From positions 128,001-192,000 of the forward strand of contig JAVRCJ020000006.1 in assembly GCA_034530875.2 (NCBI GenBank): a stretch of DNA of 64,000 nucleotides, written 5' to 3'. Made by a program: the position numbers and the translations under genes. The notes under the pieces were generated by a model. It was not told where the DNA came from, searched no databases, and saw only the letters and a list, made by a program, of their open reading frames with translations. Shown piece after piece: positions 41,762 through 52,014 of the stretch (the stretch's first letter is position 1; each line of letters begins with the position of its first letter). Source of the stretch: Nostoc sp. DedSLP01. GTDB lineage: Bacteria; Cyanobacteriota; Cyanobacteriia; Cyanobacteriales; Nostocaceae.

Positions 41762-41983
41762 GTAACAAACGCAGATGGAGAAACAACTGATGTACTCGTT
41801 CCTGTAGAACTTTGGCAACAGCTTATAAGTTCCATAAATTCTGATAACGTCAGTGGTTTAGCTTGGATTGATGAAAAAGAGCCAAAAGCACAAATATTAG
41901 CTGACCTGCAAGAGTCTGTGCGACAAGCAGCAGCAGGACAAAGTTTGCCAGTTTCAGAGCTTTGGGACGATATCACAGCTTAG
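41726..41983 (+). CDS. Orphan antitoxin-like protein
   Basis: QIRYVTNADGETTDVLVPVELWQQ and QSLPVSELWD, typical of RelE-associated antitoxins; no toxin follows. Confidence 0.65.
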   Translation: MIMAQIESQIRYVTNADGETTDVLVPVELWQQLISSINSDNVSGLAWIDEKEPKAQILADLQESVRQAAAGQSLPVSELWDDITA

Positions 41984-42144
41984 AATAAGAAAACTAAGTT
42001 GCATATCTAATAATCTCCAATTCTGCTCCATTATTAACAGCTAATTCTGCTTTTTCTAAAACTTTTACACTTTGTAAATGAATCTTTAGCTCTTCTTCGA
42101 TACTTTCACGTAACATAGATTTTGAGTGAGCTTAAGCAATTGCT

Positions 42145-42702
42145 ATGACGAAGAAGTGGATTTTGTATAGTAAAGAAGACAGGCAAGTTAAATGGCCTAC
42201 TTGCATTAATAAGTTGTCGCCTGTTAAAAATAAAAATCCACTAGAGGGGGAATCGCTCGCCGAACTGAGAGAAGCACACACTTGGACAGATAGGTTTGAT
42301 GAAATGATCCTTTCAATTCGGTCAGTTTCAATTCTAGGAAAATGCAGTACAGCAAAATACTTAGAATGTCCAAACATACCCGATCATCATAGAGAAAATG
42401 CTAGAGATTCTACTAGGCTTTATAGAGAGCATCCATCAAAATATTTCGATAATATTGGACAGTATTACTGGGTAGATTTTGATATTATTACTTCAGATAA
42501 ATTGACAATGAAATTACGAATGGTTGTCAATGAGGGTGATGCTGATTGTAATGATGGTCAGTGGGGAGAAGTTTGGGAGAGCAATACGGGAAAGCCTGTT
42601 GCACAAATATTGAGTACTGGTGACATGGAAACGACAGTGGCGACCAGTTCAAGTGAATTGGACAAGCTTGTGCGTTTTATAATCGAAATCGTACTGTTTT
42701 AG
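42145..42702 (+). CDS. Hypothetical protein (possibly 3'-truncated)
   Basis: 185-aa ORF, no recognised motif. Confidence 0.55.
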   Translation: MTKKWILYSKEDRQVKWPTCINKLSPVKNKNPLEGESLAELREAHTWTDRFDEMILSIRSVSILGKCSTAKYLECPNIPDHHRENARDSTRLYREHPSKYFDNIGQYYWVDFDIITSDKLTMKLRMVVNEGDADCNDGQWGEVWESNTGKPVAQILSTGDMETTVATSSSELDKLVRFIIEIVLF

Positions 42703-42804
42703 TCTTAGCGTTGATATCGATAATAATCAAAGTCTCCGGTCTAACATAACCTCTGAGATAGACGAGAATTTGCCACTATCAAGGCAGCGAATTTGAAGAT
42801 GCTT

Positions 42805-42925
42805 ATGACCCTGGCAATTGTCGCTGAAACTGATCCTCTGAAAGCAAATGAGGATGGTGTGATTCTTATAGGCAAAACCCGCGTGACATTGGATACTGTG
42901 GTTGCGGTCTTTAAGGAAGGCGCGG
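42805..42925 (+). pseudogene. DUF433-family antitoxin N-terminal fragment
   Basis: MTLAIVAETDPLKANEDGVILIGKTRVTLDTVVAVFKEGA then loss of family similarity. Confidence 0.7.
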
Positions 42926-42989
42926 TAGATTTTCTCTTAGTTCCTCTTCGGTTTCACTCTGAGTCTAATAGTCAATTTATGAAAAGATA

Positions 42990-43108
42990 CGTAGGGTGTT
43001 ATAGCGGAGAGTACGACACCAAACCCTGGATAATTGTGCGTTACGAACTTCGTTCTAACACACCCTACAATACCTAATTTTGTTCAAAAATCAAATAGGA
43101 GTCCTATA
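42990..43108. mobile_element. REP/MITE-like element
   Basis: GTAGGGTGTT..AACACACCCTAC palindrome plus TTCAAAAATCAAATAGGAGTCCTATA end. Confidence 0.6.
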
Positions 43109-43132
43109 TCATCTTTAGACTCTGAAAAAACT

Positions 43133-43158
43133 TAGGGGCGGACAGTCGCCCACCCCTA
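43133..43158 (-). terminator. Hairpin downstream of ndhF
   Basis: TAGGGGCGGAC..GCCCACCCCTA imperfect stem. Confidence 0.5.
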
Positions 43159-43164
43159 TTCAAA

Positions 43165-45267
43165 TCAGGTCACACCAAAAACGATCGCTAAACCCAAAAC
43201 AGCCCCAAACACAATCAAGGCATAGAATTGAGCGCGACCGTTTTCTAGATATTTCAAACCTTCGCCGCTGACAAGGGTGAAGAAACCTGTGAGGTTAACT
43301 GCACCATCGACAACGCGGAAGTCAACTTCCATAACTTGTCTAGCTACGCGACGCAAGCCAACGACAAAAACGCGATGGTAAATGTCATCAAAGTACCACT
43401 TGTTGAGGGATAACTCGTAAAGTGGTTTGATTTTAGCAGCGATCGCCGCCGGGTCAATTTTACCCCGCAAGTACATTAACAAAGCCAAGGTAATACCAAC
43501 TACGGAAATTGCCACGGAAGCACCCGCCATAATATAAAACTCTGTCGGGTCGAACTCAGCAGTTTTTTCGATAACTTCCGCGAGTGTTTCGCTTGGTGGA
43601 AAGATAAACTCCTCGAAGTAATTGGCAAAGGGAGTTCCTATCAAACCAATCAAAATCGAAGGCACTGCCAAAACTGCTAAAGGCAGAGTCATTGTCCACG
43701 GCGACTCATGAGGAGAATCGCTGTGATGTCCGTGGGAGTCATGGGAGTCATGATGACCGCCAGTTGCAGCCAATTCTCCTTTTTTCATTGCCCCAGGCCC
43801 AAAATTCGGCACTGGTTCTTCTGACTCTAATTCCAGGACGATTGTCGCCGCTTTTTTGAGTTTTTCCTTGATTTTGTTGTCAGTGCCGCGGAATTTGCCT
43901 TCAAATGTCATGAAATACATTCTAAACATGTAGAAAGCAGTAATCCCGGCGGTTACCCAGCCAATTAACCAGAGGAATGGGTTGGCTTGAAAAGCTTGCC
44001 CCAGAATTTCATCTTTTGACCAGAATCCAGCAAAGGGGGGGATACCAGAAATTGCCAAGCAACCAATCAAAAAGGTAGTTGCCGTCACTGGCATATACTT
44101 CCGCAGTCCTCCCATCAGCCGCATATCCTGGGCTAAGGCGGGGTCATGGCCGACGACACCTTCCATACCGTGAATTACCGAACCCGAACCCAAGAACAGC
44201 ATGGCTTTGAAATAGGCGTGGGTCATCAGGTGGAATAGTCCAGCACTGTACGAACCTATTCCCATTGCCATCACCATGTAACCGAGTTGGGAAATGGTGG
44301 AATAAGCTAAGCCTTTTTTGATGTCGTTTTGGGTAATGGCAATACTTGCCCCCAAAAACGCTGTAAATGCCCCAGTAAAAGCAATAACGTTCATTGCTGC
44401 TGGGACATGTTCAAATACTGGGTACATCCGGGCTACCAGGAAAACCCCTGCTGCCACCATTGTTGCCGCGTGAATCAAGGCAGAAATGGGGGTGGGGCCT
44501 TCCATCGCATCTGGTAGCCAGACGTGGAGGGGGAATTGGGCAGATTTTGCCACCGGGCCCAGGAAAACTAAAATCGCAAACAGGACAGCGAGAAAATTGC
44601 TGATACTACCTGTTTCGACGAGATGGGCGAGGCGATCGCCCATAATATTAAAATCAAAGCTTCCTGTTGCCCAGAATAGCCCTAAAATCCCCAGCAAAAG
44701 ACCAAAGTCGCCCACACGGTTGGTTACGAATGCTTTTTGCGCGGCATCTGCTGCTGACTTGCGATCGTACCAAAAGCCGACCAGCAAGTAGGAACACATC
44801 CCGACAAGTTCCCAGAATATATAAATTTGTACTAGGTTGGGGCTAAGTACCAAACCTAACATTGAAGAGCCAAATAAACTGAGATAAGCATAAAACCGGA
44901 CGTAGCCGGGATCGTGAGCCATGTAGCCATCGGTATAAACCATGACTAAAAAGGCTACTGTTGTCACGATTACCAGCATTAGGGCTGTCAGGTGGTCAAC
45001 AGTGTAGCCCATGCTCAGGTGAAAATTGCCTGCCGCAGCCCACTCTAAGGTATGGGTGTAAGCCGGATGTCCTTGGACTTGACTCCACAACAAGGCAAAC
45101 GACAGGGCCATAGCAGCTCCCATTAGGGAGATAATGACTACAGCGTTCAACTGCCGCAGACCGTTTGTCACCTGATTCAACGATATTAACCCTAGACCGA
45201 CCAGCATTGCCCCGAAAAGAGGTAATACCGGAATCAGCCAGGCATACTGATAGATCACTTCCATCAC
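43165..45267 (-). CDS. ndhF: NAD(P)H-quinone oxidoreductase subunit 5 (NdhF1 type)
   Basis: YAWLIPVLP, KSAQFPLHVWLPDAMEGPTP, HLMTHAYFKA. Confidence 0.97.
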   Translation of the reverse strand: MMEVIYQYAWLIPVLPLFGAMLVGLGLISLNQVTNGLRQLNAVVIISLMGAAMALSFALLWSQVQGHPAYTHTLEWAAAGNFHLSMGYTVDHLTALMLVIVTTVAFLVMVYTDGYMAHDPGYVRFYAYLSLFGSSMLGLVLSPNLVQIYIFWELVGMCSYLLVGFWYDRKSAADAAQKAFVTNRVGDFGLLLGILGLFWATGSFDFNIMGDRLAHLVETGSISNFLAVLFAILVFLGPVAKSAQFPLHVWLPDAMEGPTPISALIHAATMVAAGVFLVARMYPVFEHVPAAMNVIAFTGAFTAFLGASIAITQNDIKKGLAYSTISQLGYMVMAMGIGSYSAGLFHLMTHAYFKAMLFLGSGSVIHGMEGVVGHDPALAQDMRLMGGLRKYMPVTATTFLIGCLAISGIPPFAGFWSKDEILGQAFQANPFLWLIGWVTAGITAFYMFRMYFMTFEGKFRGTDNKIKEKLKKAATIVLELESEEPVPNFGPGAMKKGELAATGGHHDSHDSHGHHSDSPHESPWTMTLPLAVLAVPSILIGLIGTPFANYFEEFIFPPSETLAEVIEKTAEFDPTEFYIMAGASVAISVVGITLALLMYLRGKIDPAAIAAKIKPLYELSLNKWYFDDIYHRVFVVGLRRVARQVMEVDFRVVDGAVNLTGFFTLVSGEGLKYLENGRAQFYALIVFGAVLGLAIVFGVT

Positions 45268-45543
45268 TGACGCCTACTTTTAGAATTCTTGATTAGCGTG
45301 TCGGAACTGTTAACAATTGTGACACACACCCTTTAGGATAAAATAACCCACCCAAGGCTGATTGGGTGGGGTATTAAGCATGGTTTTAGATTTGGGCTTA
45401 TGGCATAGAGCATTGGGCATAGGGGATTGGGAAAGGGCAAGGGGCAAAGGGTAAACGAAAAATCCCTCCTTTTCCCTTTTCCTCTATCTCCCCATCTCGT
45501 TTATCTCCATGCCCTATGCGCCATGCCCCCTTCCCTATTCCTA

Positions 45544-45930
45544 TCAAGCTGACCAATACTCCAAGTCAGCTGTTTTAGAACCCTTGTAGATTTTAGGGTA
45601 GCTAGTGTAGCTAACTTTGATATCTTCTAACGCCAAACGTAAATCTTCTCTGCCACGAAAACCTTCCAAGCGATGGCGAATGTTGCCATTTTCAATCAGT
45701 AGTAAAGTGGGCAGTGATTTGAGCTTATAAGTCGTAGACAATTTAAAATTTTGGTCGGCGTTAATCACAACCATTTTAATTTCCTCCCCACATTGGGCTT
45801 GAAATTGCAACAAAAGTGGGTGAATAATCCGACATAACCCACACCAAGGGGCTTCAAAATTCACTAAAACAGGAATTGGAGATTCTAAAACTTCTTGAGT
45901 AAATGTCCGCTCACTAACCGACAACACCAT
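45544..45930 (-). CDS. trxC: Thioredoxin C (atypical cyanobacterial thioredoxin)
   Basis: WCGLC active-site motif. Confidence 0.85.
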   Translation of the reverse strand: MVLSVSERTFTQEVLESPIPVLVNFEAPWCGLCRIIHPLLLQFQAQCGEEIKMVVINADQNFKLSTTYKLKSLPTLLLIENGNIRHRLEGFRGREDLRLALEDIKVSYTSYPKIYKGSKTADLEYWSA

Positions 45931-46577
45931 GACGCCTCTTGGATTATAGGGTTTTTATATTAAACTAGCTACTTGCACTCAATTCGTTAAACTGCTGAGT
46001 TTTGAGTCCGGAGGAGCCACCGCGGTCATTTGGTCTGCAAATTTAAAGCAAGTGGCGTTGCTGAATGGAAGTTCATGACTAAAGTTGGGGAATTGAATGA
46101 GGAAATCGTTTCTCTTTGCGATTCAAGTGGGGGCTGGGGACTACTTGCCAAGTAAGGAATACTAATGTTTTTGATTTTACTCATTACTTAGGACTCATTG
46201 CTTAGCAGTAGTTTGGTGAAAGATTAGCAAGCCAGTAAATTGCGATAGCTGCTTTTAGGAGATAATTTTCCGGACAGAACACGATCTAGACATAAATTTA
46301 CCGCGCCTATAGTGTCTGCTTTCAAAAAGCCAGCATAATTTTCACGGTGGCTTACACGTTTAATTTCTTATTGCCGTTGCTCCCTGAGAACTTAACTAAA
46401 ACGGTCGTTTACTCCCCAGGAGTGGCAGCTGACCAACACTTAACCCAGATAAAATTTCAATTTGACCGAACCCACCCCCAATGATGAATATTTGAGTTTA
46501 TCGTACATTGATTTGGGGGCAATTGATAAGTTGAAATTTTCATTGACTTGGGATTTTATGCTGACATTGGGGATCGG

Positions 46578-47354
46578 TTAGAATTCCCATTTTATCGTAC
46601 CAGTCGCTTCGAGCAATAGAGGGTGCGACCACCAAAATAAAGCCACAAAAATTGCAACTCCTAAATAGGCAGGTCGGATAAATTCCTGCCATTTGATAGA
46701 TTGACGTCCGTCAAGAATTGCCTTGAAGGGAATAATTGAAGTCCGCTGTTTGACCATTTCAAAGGCTTCCCCATAGCGTAAGCTCAAACGGCGATCGCCA
46801 TGCCAAACCCCAAATAAGTGATGCAAAATCAAGCCAATGGAGGTGACAACAGTAAAAGTAGTACCCAACCACAGAGTATGGGCAATACACCAAATTATTT
46901 GTCCTACCATCTGGGGATGACGAGTAATCCGCATAATTCCTGTTTCGTAGAGACGAACTTCAGGCTTTTGAATGGCAGCAATTTCTAGTAGATTGAAGGT
47001 ACCAGGATATAAAAACAAAAACGAAATTGCTGATAAAATCCAAACAAATTCTCTCACTCCCGGTACTCCTTGTACCTGCCAAAGTTGCAAACCATCATAG
47101 CGATGCCGAAAAAAGTAAATAATTAAGAGCACGGCCAATGGTAGGCTGACTAATGCAAAAATAATACGATAAAGCCTTGCCCCAATGTATTTTTCTGCCC
47201 GAGGGCGCAAAGCAGCGCCTCCACTGTGAGCGATCGCAAAAACTATTTGTAACCCTATTATCACAAAATGGCTGGGTGTCAACCAAGAAATCGGCATCAT
47301 AATACACGGGTGAAGTAATTTAAAGAAAACTGAATTCAGTACAACCAATACCAC
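46578..47354 (-). CDS. NnrU family protein / 15-cis-zeta-carotene isomerase (Z-ISO)-like
   Basis: HSGGAALR, RITRHPQMVG, HGDRRL, TSIIPF; true start probably MMPISW near 47300. Confidence 0.88.
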   Translation of the reverse strand: MVLVVLNSVFFKLLHPCIMMPISWLTPSHFVIIGLQIVFAIAHSGGAALRPRAEKYIGARLYRIIFALVSLPLAVLLIIYFFRHRYDGLQLWQVQGVPGVREFVWILSAISFLFLYPGTFNLLEIAAIQKPEVRLYETGIMRITRHPQMVGQIIWCIAHTLWLGTTFTVVTSIGLILHHLFGVWHGDRRLSLRYGEAFEMVKQRTSIIPFKAILDGRQSIKWQEFIRPAYLGVAIFVALFWWSHPLLLEATGTIKWEF

Positions 47355-47513
47355 AAAGTATTCAAAAGGGGACTTTAGTTAAGATGTTGTGCTACTGTCT
47401 TTTTCGAGTCAAGCCTTCAAGTTTAAGATGCAACGAATCACATCCAGCCAATTGCTGCCGAAGATGATTTGCTGCGTACATTTGCTCCTTTCAAAGTTTG
47501 TGGGTTGAGCCTT

Positions 47514-48527
47514 ATGTCTGACCTTCCTTTCACTTTAGATCAGTTACGTATTTTGAAAGCGATCGCTGTAGAAGGAAGCTTCAAGCGCGCTGCTGATAGT
47601 CTTTACGTCTCCCAACCTGCCGTTAGTTTGCAAGTGCAAAATCTCGAACGACAGCTCGATGTTCCTTTATTCGACCGTGGAGGACGACGCGCACAATTAA
47701 CCGAAGCTGGACATCTACTGTTAAGTTACGGCGAAAAAATCCTCAGTCTGTGTCAGGAAACCTGCCGCGCCATCGAGGATTTGCAAAATCTCCAAGGCGG
47801 TACTTTAATTGTCGGTGCTTCTCAAACCACTGGCACGTACCTTTTGCCGAGAATGATCGGTATGTTTCGCCAAAGATATCCAGATGTGGCAGTGCAATTA
47901 CACGTCCACTCTACTCGCCGTACTGCTTGGAGTGTCGCTAACGGACAAGTCGATCTCGCCATCATTGGCGGTGAAATTCCCGGCGAACTCGGAGAATCAT
48001 TGGAAATTATTCCTTACGCGGAAGATGAACTAGCACTGATTTTACCTGTCTTTCATCCCTTAGCTAAACTTGAAAAAATCCAAAAAGAAGACCTGTATAA
48101 ATTACAATTCATCGCTTTAGATTCCCAGTCTACAATCCGCAAAGTAATTGACCAAGTATTAGCACGTTGTGAAATTGATACTAGGCGTTTTAAAGTGGAA
48201 ATGGAACTCAATTCCATTGAAGCAATTAAAAATGCCGTGCAATCTGGTTTAGGAGCTGCGTTTGTTTCGACTAGCGCCATTGCTAAGGAATTACAAATGG
48301 GCGTACTCCACTGTGCCACCATTGAAAACGTAATTGTAAAACGAACGCTGTGGCTGATTTTTAATCCCAACCGCTATCGTTCCAAAGCCGCAGAAGCCTT
48401 TAGTCAAGAAATTCTGCCCCAGTTTGCAAATCCTGGATGGAGCCAAGATGTGTTAACATTGACACAAAAAAATATAGTGCTAACTACATTGGATATAGCA
48501 ACACCTACATCTCCTGGCGAAGACTAA
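47514..48527 (+). CDS. pacR: LysR-type regulator of the RbcR/Ycf30 group (PacR orthologue)
   Basis: [36 protein letters not shown]; synteny with devH/trxC/ndhF. Confidence 0.85.
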   Translation: MSDLPFTLDQLRILKAIAVEGSFKRAADSLYVSQPAVSLQVQNLERQLDVPLFDRGGRRAQLTEAGHLLLSYGEKILSLCQETCRAIEDLQNLQGGTLIVGASQTTGTYLLPRMIGMFRQRYPDVAVQLHVHSTRRTAWSVANGQVDLAIIGGEIPGELGESLEIIPYAEDELALILPVFHPLAKLEKIQKEDLYKLQFIALDSQSTIRKVIDQVLARCEIDTRRFKVEMELNSIEAIKNAVQSGLGAAFVSTSAIAKELQMGVLHCATIENVIVKRTLWLIFNPNRYRSKAAEAFSQEILPQFANPGWSQDVLTLTQKNIVLTTLDIATPTSPGED

Positions 48528-48670
48528 AATCTGGTCATTAGTCCTACTCTTACTTACAGGACGCTTGTGTGCGGCACGGCACGAAGGCATAGCTTGCTTC
48601 GACTCAGGGGTAAGAAAAATCTCCTTACAGCGTCCATGTCATTTGTCGTTTGTTTTTTGTAAATGACCAA

Positions 48671-48828
48671 ATAATTCGTAATTCGTAATTCGTAATTATT
48701 ACCCCAACTGCTGTAGCTGAGCTAAGGATTTGACATAAACAAAAAGTTTCCTGTTCTTAATAAAGAAATTTAGTTTCTCTATAACCTGAACCGATAGCGA
48801 ATTACGAATTATCAATTACGAATTATTT
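48671..48828. repeat. TAATTCG / AATTACG inverted STRR-armed element
   Basis: taattcg x3 ... gaattacgaattatcaattacgaatt. Confidence 0.8.
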
Positions 48829-48850
48829 TGACTAATGACTAATCACTAAA

Positions 48851-50248
48851 ATGGAAGTTTACTGCACTCGTCCAGGTTGCCCGCGCCCACAAAACTATTT
48901 TGCCGATCTAGATGATATTACAACCCTAAAAACAACGCAGCAAAAGTACTGTATTAGTTGTGGTATGCCACTATTGCTTGATGGTCGATATGTGACCGTT
49001 AAGTTATTGGGAAGAGGTGGGTTTGGAGCAGCATTTTTGGCACGCGATCGCCGAATTCCCGGAATGCGTCAATGCGTAGTTAAACAGTTTCAACCAGCAG
49101 GAAATTTAACTTCAACTCAACTGCAACAAGCACAGTTAATGTTTGAGAGGGAGGCAGAAGTTTTAGCCCAAATAGGTAACGAACACGAACAAATTCCTGA
49201 CTTGTTTGCCTTCTTTCCAGTCATACTTAACAGCTTGCAACCAGGACATCAAGACCAATTTTTTTACTTAGTACAAGAATATATTGATGGGCAAAACTTA
49301 GAAGAAGAATTAGCTCAACGCGGTAAATTTTCTGAACCACAAGTATTAGAAGTATTGCAAGAAATCCTGAAAATACTTAAGTTTGTTCATGAAAGAGGTA
49401 TCATCCACAGAGACATCAAGCCCTCTAACATCATGCGTCGTCGTGATGGGAAACTCTTCCTGTTAGATTTTGGTGCAGTCAAGCAAGTAGCAAACATTGC
49501 AGTCGGCGCTGCTTCTTCCACGGGAATTTATTCTCTAGGCTTTGCACCACCCGAACAAATAACTGGCGGCCAAGTATTTCCATCTACAGATTTATACGCC
49601 TTGGCTGTAACTGCAATCACCTTGTTAACAGATAAAGAAGCAACTCAATTGTTTGATGCCTATAGCAACCAATGGCAATGGCGATCGCACGTGAATGTCA
49701 GCCCACGCCTTGCTAACATTTTAGACCACATGCTTCTACCCGCTGCCAATCAACGCTTCCAATCAGCCCAAGAAGTTATAGATGCAATTAACTCACCGCA
49801 TCTAGCCCCGACACAAATTAACCCACTGTCTGCAACACTTCCGCCACAGCCACGCCAAAGCCCTAGCCCTCCCGTTCCCCGTACTCCGAGAACTCAACCA
49901 GCGTTTTCGACATTGGAATTATTGGGCGGAGCAGCTTTCAGCGGATTTGAAGGTGCATTGATAGCGATCGCTCTCTTGAGTTTAGTAAAATCGCTACCGA
50001 TCGCATTCGCTGTTGCATCCCTAATTTTGGGGATACTAATATTTGCCCAAACCAGGCGGTGGATTGAAAAGTTCGATTTATTAATTATTCCGGCAATTAC
50101 TTTTGCTATTATTTTTTTTCTACCTTTTTTAAAAGGAAGTCTTGGGATTCAGGCAATACTTATTTTAGCAGTTGCAGCTAGTTTAGTAGCCATCTCCATA
50201 ACAGCCATATTTCGACTTATTTATAAATTACTATCTCTCATTCTTTAA
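48851..50248 (+). CDS. Hanks-type Ser/Thr kinase with 4-Cys N-terminal prefix and C-terminal multi-TM region
   Basis: YCTRPGC..CISCG, GRGGFG, HRDIKPSN, DFG, PPEQ. Confidence 0.95.
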   Translation: MEVYCTRPGCPRPQNYFADLDDITTLKTTQQKYCISCGMPLLLDGRYVTVKLLGRGGFGAAFLARDRRIPGMRQCVVKQFQPAGNLTSTQLQQAQLMFEREAEVLAQIGNEHEQIPDLFAFFPVILNSLQPGHQDQFFYLVQEYIDGQNLEEELAQRGKFSEPQVLEVLQEILKILKFVHERGIIHRDIKPSNIMRRRDGKLFLLDFGAVKQVANIAVGAASSTGIYSLGFAPPEQITGGQVFPSTDLYALAVTAITLLTDKEATQLFDAYSNQWQWRSHVNVSPRLANILDHMLLPAANQRFQSAQEVIDAINSPHLAPTQINPLSATLPPQPRQSPSPPVPRTPRTQPAFSTLELLGGAAFSGFEGALIAIALLSLVKSLPIAFAVASLILGILIFAQTRRWIEKFDLLIIPAITFAIIFFLPFLKGSLGIQAILILAVAASLVAISITAIFRLIYKLLSLIL

Positions 50249-50496
50249 AAAAATTCTATTCTTAATATAATCATTGTCAAGAGCTGAGCCACAGACATTT
50301 CCCTTACTTTGGCAATAATCCATAACAAAGGAGGCAGGAGTTAGCAGCGAAAATTAACAAGGCTTGGATACCCAAGCTTGATAATTTGAAGAAAATCAAA
50401 AAATTAAAAATCATCACATACTTGATTCTGAATTCTGATTTTTGAATTTTCCCAAGCATCAAATAATAAAGAATTTTTATTTTATAAAAAATATTC

Positions 50497-51894
50497 ATGT
50501 CACAAAAGAATGAAACTATAGTTTTAGTATTGTCTCTATTACTGACAGTTGGAATTGTTGGGGCTGGTATTTGGTGGTTTACTCAAAATGGGGTCAATAT
50601 TAAAAACATCACCCCAAAAACGCCAGAGCCAGCTAACAATATATCATTAGAAGACCGCATTAGTTTTGGCGAAAAAAGTTTGATTCCAGGTGGAATTTCT
50701 CCAGTCAAAAAAGAGGGAGTACAAGCGATCGCTGCACAAAATTATGAGAAAGCGATCGCTAGTTTGTCAGCATCTTTAAAACTGCGACCCAACGATCCAG
50801 AGGCACTGATATATTTGAACAATGCCCGAATTGGGACTTCCAAAAGCTATACCATTGTTGGATCTGTGCCTATTGGTACAGATCCCAATACTTCCCTAGA
50901 AATTTTACGTGGCATTGCACAAGCCCAAAATACTATTAATAGCTCTGGCGGAATTAAGAATGTGCCATTAAAAGTAGGGATAGCTAACGATGATAATAAT
51001 CCAGAAATCTCCAAAAAAATCGCTGCTAATTTAGTTAATAATTCCCAAGTATTAGGTATAGTTGGCCACAACGCCAGCGATACTACCTTAGCCGCCGGCA
51101 CGGTCTATAATACCGGAGAACTGGTAGCCATTTCCCCTACCAGTAGTTCTGTGAAAATTTCTAACTTTAGCCGCTACGTTTTTCGCACAGTTCCTAGCGA
51201 TTTTATGGCTGCTAGAAGTTTAGCCAACTACATGGTGAAAATTTTGCAGAAAAAAAATGTAGCGGTTTTCTTTAATTCTGAAAGTAACTATAGCCAGTCT
51301 TTAAAATCAGAGTTCGTTTCCTCGGTGTCTTTGGAAGGTGGACAGGTATTAAGCGAATTTGACTTATCCAAGGCAGATTTTAGTGCAGCTAAAAGTGTAG
51401 AACAAGCAACTAAGCAAGGTGCAGAAGTGTTGATGTTAGCTGCTAACGCTGAAACTCTGGATAAAGCACTGCAAGTAGTTCAAATTAACCAGAAAAAGTT
51501 AACTTTGCTGGGAGGAGATGATGTTTACACACTCAAAACGTTAGAAATTGGTAGAGAACAAGCTGTGGGGATGATATTAGCAGTTCCCTGGCATATTGAA
51601 GGCGATCGCAATTCAGATTTTCCCCAGAAATCGCGGCAGTTATGGGGCGGTGATGTGAGTTGGCGGACTGCCACCAGTTATGATGCTACAGTAGCTTTGA
51701 TTGCCGCCTTAAAACGCAATCCTACACGCTCTGGAGTCCAACAAGCACTCTTATCCTCTGATTTCTCTGCCACTGGTGCTTCTGGTACAATTCGCTTTTT
51801 ATCATCAGGCGATCGCAACGCCCCAGTCCAACTTGTCAAAATCGTTCCAGGCTCTCGCTCTCGTACTGGGTATGATTTTGAACCAGTGAGATAA
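50497..51894 (+). CDS. Membrane-anchored branched-chain amino acid-type substrate-binding protein
   Basis: N-terminal TM, TPR-like NDPEALIYLNN, type I PBP motifs FRTVPSD. Confidence 0.88.
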   Translation: MSQKNETIVLVLSLLLTVGIVGAGIWWFTQNGVNIKNITPKTPEPANNISLEDRISFGEKSLIPGGISPVKKEGVQAIAAQNYEKAIASLSASLKLRPNDPEALIYLNNARIGTSKSYTIVGSVPIGTDPNTSLEILRGIAQAQNTINSSGGIKNVPLKVGIANDDNNPEISKKIAANLVNNSQVLGIVGHNASDTTLAAGTVYNTGELVAISPTSSSVKISNFSRYVFRTVPSDFMAARSLANYMVKILQKKNVAVFFNSESNYSQSLKSEFVSSVSLEGGQVLSEFDLSKADFSAAKSVEQATKQGAEVLMLAANAETLDKALQVVQINQKKLTLLGGDDVYTLKTLEIGREQAVGMILAVPWHIEGDRNSDFPQKSRQLWGGDVSWRTATSYDATVALIAALKRNPTRSGVQQALLSSDFSATGASGTIRFLSSGDRNAPVQLVKIVPGSRSRTGYDFEPVR

Positions 51895-52014
51895 GAGGAT
51901 TGGGGATTAAGGAGTATAAAAGACAAGAATACTTGAGTGAAAACTTGCAACAAGTCTTTCCTGTTGTCTTCATTACATACCTAGTCCCCAGTAAATCGGC
52001 TCAGGGGAAATATT

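Noticed and set aside
45307..45326. HLR1/RpaB-like direct repeat upstream of ndhF (GTCACAAT-TG-TTAACAGT on minus)
   Set aside because: Mismatches in both half-sites; too weak without conservation data
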